DNA from: Candidatus Omnitrophota bacterium
Lineage (GTDB): Bacteria; Omnitrophota; Gorgyraeia; Zapsychrales; Fredricksoniimonadaceae
Length of the DNA: 64,000 bases
Reading direction: 5' to 3'
Assembly: GCA_963828495.1 (NCBI GenBank)
Contig: CAWHFJ010000009.1
Coordinates: 106,338 to 170,337 of the forward strand
A model generated the notes under the pieces. The model did no database searches. It saw only the letters and a list, made by a program, of their open reading frames with translations, and had not been told where the DNA came from. Positions within the stretch are counted from its first letter, which is position 1; every line of letters begins with the position of its first letter. Positions 36,450-44,781 of this stretch are shown in pieces. The position numbers and the translations under genes are program-made.

Positions 36450-39155
36450 TCAAACCCCCAGAACAACTTTGATGACGGCATTTTTGGTGATGGATGTTCT
36501 TTTGATGCAAACCTTAGCCGGGGCCAGACGGATCAAATCGAGGGGGTGGCCATCCATGAAAACTGCCCCAATCGCATAGGCCCCCGCATCCAATTTTTTA
36601 GGATTGTGATACTCCACCGTCAGACGCTTGCCCGCAAATGGACAGACAACACAGGCAATCCCTTGTTTATTAAATTCTTCTTTAACTAATTGAGGGGCCA
36701 AGATCAAATCACCGCGAGCGCCCCGCACGCCAAAAACATAAATCAATTGGGTCAATACCCACCAGCTGGCGGAACCGGTCAAATAATGGTACATCCCTCG
36801 GCCCTGTGAATCAAAATATTCCGGAATCCCGGGATAAATTTTACTGTGCACCCCATCGATGGCCATCCGATAAATGGACTGCAGCACTTCATAGCCACGA
36901 CGGGCAAAGCCGCGCTGGTAGAGTGCTGCGGCGAACATCACGGTCATATGGCTGAAAAAAGAACCGTTTTCTTTTGTGCCGTAAGCAAAGGCGAACGCAC
37001 GCCCCAAATCCAAATAATGACGCACACCAAAATCCGTATTCAGACGATACCCTTTAAATGTCTTGTCTTTTAAAAAGGCCTCCGCGCTTTCCACGATTTT
37101 TTCGATCTCCCCCTCAAGGGCCATCCCGCTCATGATGGCAAACACTTGCCCCGTCAAGGTCATACGCACCCGTGTGTCCACCCGACCCTCCACGGCACGG
37201 CCATTATTGTCATAATAACCGTTGAACCATTCATAGGTCTTGGAGCCTTTTTTCACCCGGACCTTTTCCTGACGGCGTATATGCGCAAATATCCATGTGG
37301 ATTTGGCGCGCAAATCACGCACCACATCTTTGATAGCCACCTCAACGGTTTGCCCGCTTAAAGCCGGTTGTACGCTGCGGTAATATCGATCGAAAAGATG
37401 CCGGTATTTCGCCTTCTGGTCGTCGTAATTAACCTTTTCACCTAAGGTGTCCAATAAAATCAAAAGCTCTCGGGCCAGGAGGACAGAATCGATGGCTTTG
37501 ATTTTGGCCATATCTTCCAGAAGGTCCGCTAGTTTTAACAAATTGCCGCCGTAAAATGACGTGAACGCCACCGACTCGCCACGGGCTGCCGCCATGTCCA
37601 GACCGTCATTCCAATCCGCGCTTTCTAAACGGATGATATTGTGTTGCCCGACGTTAAAAAATTGGGTCAGATTCTCTACCAGCACATGCTCCAGGATAGT
37701 GCCTGTATACACATGCCCTTGCCCATCCAGCAGTTTATGACCATACTGGCTCGTCCAGCCCATATCTTTGTCCAGGGTGCGGGATAATTGGCAATCCCGA
37801 AAATAATCCTGTTTCTCCAGCAGAATATCAAAGTCCCCGGTCTGGTCGATATACAGCAACAAGGTCAACAACGGCCATGCCCCGTGGTCCATCCACACGC
37901 GGGTGATGGCATTGCGGTCCGCTAAAAACTCACCGGGCGAGTTACCGATGATAGTGGCATTACTGCCGTCGATGCGGATGCCCGCACAATTGTTAATCAA
38001 ATCGGCTCTCACACCATGGGGCTCAATAAGAATCAGCGACAATAAATCCTGCCAGATATCTCTCCAACCCCTGCCGCCTTGGCCATAGTCATGGTCGGGC
38101 AAGAACGAACAGCCGAAAATACGGCGTAAAATCGGCTGTAAAATAACCCAGCGCGTCCAGGCATCAAAATTTTTATCCGCGCCGCTAAAAACAATGGCAG
38201 AAATTTTCCCGGACCAATAGGCCTTATTAAGCGCCCAGGCTTTAGCCCATTTATCCGCATCATCAAAACGGCTAAAAATATCCAGGGCTTGGGATTCGCT
38301 ATCGGCGATTCCAATAGCCACCACATAAGATTGGCTTTCCCCCGCCTTTAAAGTAAGGTCCTTGAAACGCAACGCTCCCAGAACTTCCTTGCCGTTTTTG
38401 AGCGTTTCGCCCAGCCTAACCGGTTGATGATTTTCAAAAACCGCCTGCGGCCTTTGAGGAGAGCCGCCATCGCCATAAAAACTATCCACCGTCGGAAAAG
38501 AACCCAGGATGCGGCCCCCGTTGTCCTCACCTCCAAAGACAAAATAAACACAACGGCTTTCCTGATGGCCTTCTTCATTAAAGGCCATGGCTGTCTGCAT
38601 CAACACCCCTTCGGGCCTTTGTTGGACCCGGTTTAAAAGCGCGGTCACATGTTCATGGTCGTGTTTGTTGTCCCTGGAACGGCCGAAAAGAGCAACGGCA
38701 AAGGTGGGGGTACATCGGACGGTCTTTGGGGAAATATTTTTAACCGTCACCTGCATCAATTCAACATTTTCTCCGGAGACCGGAATAAAGTTGACGGCGC
38801 TTAATTCTAATCCTGACGGCTTTAAAGAACGCTTGTACTTATGCCACAATGGGCCTATGTCAATGGTCATCGAATCCGACGGGTTTTCCTGTGATAAACT
38901 GAAAACCCCCTTCTCTTTAATAAAAACAAAGAAATCCCGCAACGGCAGGCGTAAATCTTCCCGAGAGGCAGGTTTGGTCAGGTAATGGAATTTATCCACT
39001 TTAATGTCGCCGCTGAGAGTCGGCGAAATAGCGGACTTGATACTCGATGGGCCACCACCGCACAAAGGCGCATAGATAGTCTTGATACGAGCAGCCTGTT
39101 TTGAGGTAAAACTCACTCCGTCAGGTAAAAATGTATAAAAGGGATCTTCCGGCAT
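36450..39155 (-). CDS. cytoplasmic GH94-like (alpha/alpha)6 glycoside phosphorylase/hydrolase superfamily protein
   Basis: 901 aa with no signal peptide. The ESADWNDGLD motif resembles the catalytic DWND region of cellobiose/chitobiose phosphorylases (from memory). Confidence 0.6.
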   Translation of the reverse strand: MPEDPFYTFLPDGVSFTSKQAARIKTIYAPLCGGGPSSIKSAISPTLSGDIKVDKFHYLTKPASREDLRLPLRDFFVFIKEKGVFSLSQENPSDSMTIDIGPLWHKYKRSLKPSGLELSAVNFIPVSGENVELMQVTVKNISPKTVRCTPTFAVALFGRSRDNKHDHEHVTALLNRVQQRPEGVLMQTAMAFNEEGHQESRCVYFVFGGEDNGGRILGSFPTVDSFYGDGGSPQRPQAVFENHQPVRLGETLKNGKEVLGALRFKDLTLKAGESQSYVVAIGIADSESQALDIFSRFDDADKWAKAWALNKAYWSGKISAIVFSGADKNFDAWTRWVILQPILRRIFGCSFLPDHDYGQGGRGWRDIWQDLLSLILIEPHGVRADLINNCAGIRIDGSNATIIGNSPGEFLADRNAITRVWMDHGAWPLLTLLLYIDQTGDFDILLEKQDYFRDCQLSRTLDKDMGWTSQYGHKLLDGQGHVYTGTILEHVLVENLTQFFNVGQHNIIRLESADWNDGLDMAAARGESVAFTSFYGGNLLKLADLLEDMAKIKAIDSVLLARELLILLDTLGEKVNYDDQKAKYRHLFDRYYRSVQPALSGQTVEVAIKDVVRDLRAKSTWIFAHIRRQEKVRVKKGSKTYEWFNGYYDNNGRAVEGRVDTRVRMTLTGQVFAIMSGMALEGEIEKIVESAEAFLKDKTFKGYRLNTDFGVRHYLDLGRAFAFAYGTKENGSFFSHMTVMFAAALYQRGFARRGYEVLQSIYRMAIDGVHSKIYPGIPEYFDSQGRGMYHYLTGSASWWVLTQLIYVFGVRGARGDLILAPQLVKEEFNKQGIACVVCPFAGKRLTVEYHNPKKLDAGAYAIGAVFMDGHPLDLIRLAPAKVCIKRTSITKNAVIKVVLGV

Positions 39156-39167
39156 AATACTTCAGTT

Positions 39168-39521
39168 TTAAGTTGGAAGGCTTTCTTGGGTGAGTTTAAA
39201 AAGACGTTGCATTTTAAGAAAATTCACTTGAGGGAATTCCAGTCCGATATCCCAAAAAGATAAATCCAGGGATTTTGCCCTCACCACGCGACCATTGAGA
39301 ATCATCGGCTCTCCGCCATCCGGCAATTCAACCTGCAAAGAAAGCTGATCATCTAAAAAAAACCGTTCTTTGCTCAAAATACGCGCACCGCTGGCCGAAG
39401 CATCTCTTAAAAAAACATCGTTCCCGTAATCCTCGCGTGAATCTTTAAATTTTGCCGGGAAACGGGCTGAAAACCGCTCAAATATCCTGCGATCTTCCTT
39501 TATTGGGGTGTCATCCGACAT
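39168..39521 (-). CDS. single-domain PilZ protein
   Basis: PilZ motifs RRIFER and DASASG. Start set at ATG 39521, which has an AAGGA RBS 8 nt upstream. Confidence 0.8.
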   Translation of the reverse strand: MSDDTPIKEDRRIFERFSARFPAKFKDSREDYGNDVFLRDASASGARILSKERFFLDDQLSLQVELPDGGEPMILNGRVVRAKSLDLSFWDIGLEFPQVNFLKMQRLFKLTQESLPT

Positions 39522-39538
39522 AGCCGTAATCCTTAACT

Positions 39539-39880
39539 TTATTCTTCCCAACGTTTTGAAGAAAAGTACCTATCCAAACGGTTAGGAGAACCCGAAATAA
39601 TCTCTGAAAAAACCATGCCTACCCGGTATTGGTCAGAATCGTCCAGTTTGCGTACCCACTTCACAACCCCAATGACCATAACAGGTTCTGTGTTTGGACG
39701 AAGAATGATTTCAAGCGCTATTCTCTGATTGATCCCAATGTTTTGGGAAGAAAGAAACCCAATCCCATGCCGACTGATATCTACTGTTTGAGTCTGATCA
39801 AATTCGGAACCGCTTTTACTTTCTACGGGAACAAAACAATGATGCCTTGCTTCCGCACGTTGGTTGACCTCAGCTTCCAT
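39539..39880 (-). CDS. single-domain PilZ protein
   Basis: PilZ motifs RAEAR and DISRHG. Length 113 aa. Confidence 0.8.
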   Translation of the reverse strand: MEAEVNQRAEARHHCFVPVESKSGSEFDQTQTVDISRHGIGFLSSQNIGINQRIALEIILRPNTEPVMVIGVVKWVRKLDDSDQYRVGMVFSEIISGSPNRLDRYFSSKRWEE

Positions 39881-39917
39881 ACAAGCTCCCTGCTTTTAGA
39901 TATAAAAATTATATTAT

Positions 39918-39931
39918 TGAAAGCGCTTCCC
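39918..39931. promoter_or_regulatory. candidate LacI-family operator upstream of the PilZ/glycan genes
   Basis: TGAAAGCGCTTCCC compared with the generic LacI/CcpA-type pattern TGnAAnCGnTTnCA. The core AAGCGCTT is a perfect palindrome. It is adjacent to a minus-strand TATAAT at 39908..39913. Confidence 0.3.
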
Positions 39932-40106
39932 TCACCTATAGTTTAAAACATATTTGCTAAAAAGCAAATCAAAATATAAATATCCTAAAAATCTGCAAGT
40001 TCTTGATGTTGTTGGGGTTATAGAAAATCCCGAAATTTTAACAAAAAAAATATAAATAATTAAAATCCGGTGTTCTTTTTTTGCTCTTTTTTTAACTTCA
40101 TTTTTA

Positions 40107-40135
40107 TTGCAGCCTATTTACGCTAATGCTATACT
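40107..40135 (+). promoter_or_regulatory. sigma70-type promoter of the only plus-strand block
   Basis: TTGCAG (40107..40112), a 17-nt spacer, then TATACT (40130..40135). The ATG at 40145 is only 9 nt downstream with no RBS, so the transcript would be leaderless or nearly so. Confidence 0.5.
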
Positions 40136-40144
40136 GTTTTCATT

Positions 40145-40345
40145 ATGCCGCAAAATTCTTCTTCTCCCAAGAACGAACAACTTTCTTTGGCAGAATACGC
40201 CAAAATTAAAGAAAAATTAGCTAAATCCAAACTTAAACTGTCTTTCCCGTGGATCATCAAAGCCTGTTTCATCATTCCCTTGCTCTACGTTGCATTCCTT
40301 ATTATCTATTACTTGGTGCATCTGCGTTTTTTACCGGAACATTAA
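40145..40345 (+). CDS. small single-TM membrane protein, hypothetical
   Basis: 66-aa ORF with a Lys-rich N-terminus and one TM segment. Its stop overlaps the next start (TAAATG). Confidence 0.45.
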   Translation: MPQNSSSPKNEQLSLAEYAKIKEKLAKSKLKLSFPWIIKACFIIPLLYVAFLIIYYLVHLRFLPEH

Positions 40346-40734
40346 ATGACTATTACTGATTATATCATCCTGGTCTTAAGCCTTTTCTTACTGGCGCGTG
40401 GCGCCGCGCGCGGATTTATACGTTCTTTGCTCGCTCCTATTTCTCTTATAATAACAACTATCCTCAGTATTCTTTATTATCAAGCCACTCACGACTTGAT
40501 CGTAAGCCTCTTATCGGATTATTGGGCCCTATCCTTCTGCATTATCTTTTAAAATTCTTCTTAAAACATTCGCCAAGAGCCACCAATACGAACACACGCC
40601 CCGGGCTTCTTCAGCAGTTTCGCGGGCGGCGTCCTTACGTTGGCCTGGGGCTGGGTATTTATTGCATTACCCTTATATTATTAGCCCTGTTTCCGGCCAA
40701 AGAAAATTTTTGGACGCCTTACACAATGATGTAA
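40346..40734 (+). pseudogene. cvpA: CvpA-family membrane protein, fragmented across reading frames
   Basis: N-terminus MTITDYIILVLSLFLLARGAARGFIRSLL is CvpA-like. The sequence continues in other frames (GPILLHYLLKFF.., then FSSFAGGVLTLAWGWVFIAL back in the original frame). Confidence 0.6.
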
Positions 40735-40768
40735 TTACTTCAATTTCTTACAAAATCACCGCCATGCC

Positions 40769-41074
40769 ATGGGAGGAAAACTTTTACCTATATTCAAAGA
40801 ACCGTCTACCCTGATAAAACTCGTCTGTCTTCAAACAGCTGACACGCAGTCCTTGGCGCAAGACCCGCGTTTCCAAAAAATCCTGCAGGATGCTGAAATC
40901 CAACAAGAAATCAACGGCCATGATATGGCCAAATTGATGAGCAATCCCAAAATAATGGCCTTGACCCAACAGATCATGACCGACCCTGAAATGCTCAAAA
41001 AAGTTATGGCCGTCTGGCAAAACCAGCCAGAAATCCCCCTCACCGTAACAAGCGCCGCTGGATCTCGCTCTTGA
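40769..41074 (+). CDS. hypothetical protein with STI1/DP-like helical repeats; possibly the C-terminal part of the disrupted cvpA-like gene (same frame as 40346)
   Basis: DPRFQKILQDAEIQQ..NPKIMALTQQIMTDPEMLKKVM pattern. It converges on and overlaps the 3' end of the response regulator gene. Confidence 0.4.
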   Translation: MGGKLLPIFKEPSTLIKLVCLQTADTQSLAQDPRFQKILQDAEIQQEINGHDMAKLMSNPKIMALTQQIMTDPEMLKKVMAVWQNQPEIPLTVTSAAGSRS

Positions 41075-41429
41075 TATCCTCCGGAGAACAAGGCTTCGCC
41101 AGAATCCCATTCATGCCTGAGTCCCAACATTCCAGCATCATGCTCGAGACTTGTCCGCGCATATACGCCGTTATAGCAACGATCGGTGTTTCTTTGTCCA
41201 TCTTGCGGATCATCTGGGAGGTTTTATAACCGTCCAGCTTAGGCATACGGATATCCATGAGGATGAGATCAAATTTTTCTGCCTGTATTTTCTCGAGAGC
41301 CTGTTGCCCATCCGCACAAAGCACAAGCCTGCATCCCATTTCTCCGATGACGATCTCCATAAAATATCGGCTAGCTTCATCATCTTCCACATACAAAATT
41401 CTTTTGTCTGCTAACGATGTGTCCACCAT
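41040..41429 (-). CDS. single-domain response regulator (REC only)
   Basis: Acidic pocket VEDDE, phospho-acceptor LILMDIRMP, and conserved T (AITAY) and K (AKP). Confidence 0.88.
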   Translation of the reverse strand: MVDTSLADKRILYVEDDEASRYFMEIVIGEMGCRLVLCADGQQALEKIQAEKFDLILMDIRMPKLDGYKTSQMIRKMDKETPIVAITAYMRGQVSSMMLECWDSGMNGILAKPCSPEDIKSEIQRRLLR

Positions 41430-41443
41430 ATTTTCCCCCTACT

Positions 41444-41827
41444 TTAAGATTTTTCTATCCACGATATAATTTCTTTTTCAAATACTTTCACATCCCTTCC
41501 CTTGGCGATAAAACCGTTCATCCCAACCAAAAAACATTTTTCCTTAACATCCGCCAAGACATGGGCTGTCACCGCGACAATCAAAACGGTCCTGTCAATA
41601 TCCTGCCTGATAATCTGTGTCGCTGTTACCCCATCCATGACCGGCATCCTCAGATCCATAAAAATAATATTGAATTTGCCCCTCTTGACTTTTTCCACGG
41701 CCTCCTGACCATTATACGCCAACTCAAAACTACAACCAATGTTTTCCAACATCAGCTGCATGTAATATTGATTAGCTCTATCATCTTCTACCAATAAAAC
41801 TCTCTTGTCTTTGAGCGTTTGATCCAT
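41444..41827 (-). CDS. single-domain response regulator (REC only)
   Basis: VEDDR, IIFMDLRMP, AVTAH and AKG motifs. Confidence 0.88.
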   Translation of the reverse strand: MDQTLKDKRVLLVEDDRANQYYMQLMLENIGCSFELAYNGQEAVEKVKRGKFNIIFMDLRMPVMDGVTATQIIRQDIDRTVLIVAVTAHVLADVKEKCFLVGMNGFIAKGRDVKVFEKEIISWIEKS

Positions 41828-41837
41828 TCTGACGCCC

Positions 41838-44642
41838 CTAAATTTTATCCAAATTAAAAGTCACTATAAATTCACTGCCTTTGTCGATTTGGGATAGTAC
41901 ACGGATCTGCCCACCCATTAAAACAGCCAATTTCTGCGCAATGTGCAACCCCAGACCCACTCCATCGTATATTTGCCCTTTATAAAACTCATGAAATCTG
42001 GTGAAGGGATCAAAAATATAAGGCAGCTGTGCCTCAGGTATGCCAATACCGGTATCTTTCACTGAAACTCTCACACGATATTGATCTTTGTTAGGCTGAT
42101 GGTCATCAATTCCAGCGGTCACTTGGATCCGGCCCTTTAGTGTGTATTTGAAAGCATTGCTTAACAAATTATCGATGATCTGCCGCACCCTAAGAACATC
42201 CCCTTTTAACCGTGGGATTGTTCCTTCAAAACTTAAGGATACCGTCACATCTTTTTTCCCTAACCCGACCTGTGCTGTCTCCACGGCCTCTGCCAACAGC
42301 TGATGAAGATCCAATTCTTCGGACTTAAATTCTGCCTTACCTAAATCTATTTTAGAAGCATTAAGAATATCTTCAACCAGGGCCAAAAGATATTTTCCCC
42401 GTTCATTGATAAAATCGACCCCTTTGCGGTACTTTTCCTCCATATCCACAGACTTTAATATATGGGAAATCCCGAGAATCGCATTTAAGGGGGTGCGCAA
42501 ATCATGCGAAATATTCGTTAAAAATTCCGTCTTATATCTATTGGCCGTCTCCGCCTCTTCTTTAGCTATTCTCAGCGCTTCTTCGATTCTTTTGCGCCCG
42601 CTTAACTCTTGTTGAGATTTTTCGTAAAGCTGCGCATTGACCAGGGCCACTGAAACTTGACTCGCCAGGGTTTCAAGAAATTCGCTTTGCTGATCGAAAT
42701 CCCGCATAGTGTCCGACGCCAATCCCATCACGCCGATGATTTCGTCCCCGTTGGTCAACGGCAATGCCACAAAGGATTTTATACCGGCCCGTTTGCATTC
42801 CTGCCAAGTACAACGGCCGTCCGTAAAAATATCGCGGGAATACAGGGGTTTCTTTTCTCGAACCGCCGATCCGCACAGGCATTCGCCTACGCGATGTTCC
42901 GGAATAACACCGAAACGCCGGCCTAAATCAACTGGCAGCGATTCCTTGAGGACCAGTCGCTCTCCGTCGCGGAGAAACAAAAAAGTCAGATCGGCATCAA
43001 CAGCACCGCGTATCCCGGCCAACGCGGTTTTTATGGTCTTATCCAACGACAAGCTTGTGTTCACCGTACGCCCCAAAATATTAAGCGCAGAGAGCTCCTC
43101 TCCCCTCTGAATGATCATTCTTTCAGCGCGCTTACTCTCAGTAATATCGATAATGATCCCTATGATCGCTTGCTCTCCTTTCAAATTAATCAATTCTGCC
43201 ACAATGAATACATCCCGAATCTCCCCGGACTTCCTGCGAAATTGTGTTTCCAGTCTCTCTACGCGTCCCTTTTCTGAAAGCATCTTGACCATCATGACGC
43301 GATGTCCCGGGTAAACCCACATATTTAATGTTACAAGATCGTTTCCGACTATCTCCTGGCGCGTATGTCCGACAAAAATGTCAAAAAAAGCATCATTAAC
43401 CTCCAGAATCTTCCCGTCTGCAAAACGCGTTATAGCAATACTAATCGGCGCATGATGAAATACACTCGCAAACCGCATCTCACTCTCTTTCAATGTCTCT
43501 TCCGCCTTCTTGCGTTCGGTGATTTCGCGCACCATAGCAATCACACCGATAATGTTTCCACTGTTATCCCGATGCGGCGTATAAATCCCCTGGGCCCAAC
43601 CTTTTTTTTCTGTCCCGGGGACACGATATTCAAAATCGGAAGAAATAACCGTCTGGCCGAGCATCGCCCGGGCCAATAACTTATCAATGCCTTGCTCCAC
43701 AATGTGCGGGAATAGATTGGTGGCTTTTTTCCCAAGAACTTGTGCTGCCGGCATCCCTGTCATCTGCTCCATCGCTGAGTTCCAAACTTTATAACATAAT
43801 TGAGTGTCGTAAACAATAATACCCTCGCCGGCGGCCCGGATGACTTCGTCAGCGAAATGTTGGGCCTCCCTGATGCCCTCCTCCATCCGCCTGTGCTCGG
43901 TGATGTCATGCATAACAGCAACCGCTCCCAAAACCCGTCCGTCTTTGCCCTTAACCGGCCCTGCGTTGGCCATAATATAACGTTTGGGCTGCCCCTTAGC
44001 GGCAATCACCATACTGATGTTCTGCATCGTTTCACCGCGGAAAGCCCTCGCCAAAGGAACGGTGCTAATATCCATGGGTGTCGTCCCGTCCTCTTGATAA
44101 AGATCATAATAGCTGGCCCATTGTGTCTGCGGGATTTTCCTGGGATCCAATCCATGCCAATCGCGAGCCTTCCGGTTAAAAAGAACAAGCTCTCCATCTT
44201 CATTGCATGCCACGAGTCCGGCGTCTATATGCTCGAATATAGTTTCCAAAAAAGTCCACTGAAAATCGAAAGCTATCTGTGCCTGCTTGTGCTTAGTGAT
44301 GTCCTTAAGGCCCATCAGGACCATCCGCTCACCCACTACATCTTCATCAATAATTCTGGCATTAAGCAACAGTGTCCTCTCGCCAATACCCGGGAATTGA
44401 CCACAGAGCTCAAAATTGTCAATTGAGGTCTTTTGAGTCCATACGGCTTCTAACATCTTGCGCAGCGCCGGAATATCCCACTGATGCTGCCCTAAATCGT
44501 AAAGCAGTTCACCTTCGGTTTGCTCCGGAAGAATTTTAAATTGGCAATAAAAAGACTTGTTGGCTGTCTTGACGCAGAGACTTTTATCAAGAACTATCAT
44601 CGGGTCAGGAACCGCTTCAATGATACTTTTGATCGAATGCAT
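41838..44642 (-). CDS. cytoplasmic multi-PAS, GAF hybrid-type sensor histidine kinase
   Basis: About four PAS/PAC units and a GAF domain. H-box ISHDLRTPLNAI and ATPase boxes (LSNAFKYT, DTGIGI, GVGLGL). Confidence 0.9.
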   Translation of the reverse strand: MHSIKSIIEAVPDPMIVLDKSLCVKTANKSFYCQFKILPEQTEGELLYDLGQHQWDIPALRKMLEAVWTQKTSIDNFELCGQFPGIGERTLLLNARIIDEDVVGERMVLMGLKDITKHKQAQIAFDFQWTFLETIFEHIDAGLVACNEDGELVLFNRKARDWHGLDPRKIPQTQWASYYDLYQEDGTTPMDISTVPLARAFRGETMQNISMVIAAKGQPKRYIMANAGPVKGKDGRVLGAVAVMHDITEHRRMEEGIREAQHFADEVIRAAGEGIIVYDTQLCYKVWNSAMEQMTGMPAAQVLGKKATNLFPHIVEQGIDKLLARAMLGQTVISSDFEYRVPGTEKKGWAQGIYTPHRDNSGNIIGVIAMVREITERKKAEETLKESEMRFASVFHHAPISIAITRFADGKILEVNDAFFDIFVGHTRQEIVGNDLVTLNMWVYPGHRVMMVKMLSEKGRVERLETQFRRKSGEIRDVFIVAELINLKGEQAIIGIIIDITESKRAERMIIQRGEELSALNILGRTVNTSLSLDKTIKTALAGIRGAVDADLTFLFLRDGERLVLKESLPVDLGRRFGVIPEHRVGECLCGSAVREKKPLYSRDIFTDGRCTWQECKRAGIKSFVALPLTNGDEIIGVMGLASDTMRDFDQQSEFLETLASQVSVALVNAQLYEKSQQELSGRKRIEEALRIAKEEAETANRYKTEFLTNISHDLRTPLNAILGISHILKSVDMEEKYRKGVDFINERGKYLLALVEDILNASKIDLGKAEFKSEELDLHQLLAEAVETAQVGLGKKDVTVSLSFEGTIPRLKGDVLRVRQIIDNLLSNAFKYTLKGRIQVTAGIDDHQPNKDQYRVRVSVKDTGIGIPEAQLPYIFDPFTRFHEFYKGQIYDGVGLGLHIAQKLAVLMGGQIRVLSQIDKGSEFIVTFNLDKI

Positions 44643-44781
44643 TAATGTCCCTGCCTTTCGTATTCAAAGGGCCCCAGGAATGCCGCCAGGAAACAGACGA
44701 TTTTAGAATTATAGTACATCCCGATGTATTTAAACACTTTTCTTTTCGAAGGTGGCTTTCACAAGAAGCGGACCAGGAAGG

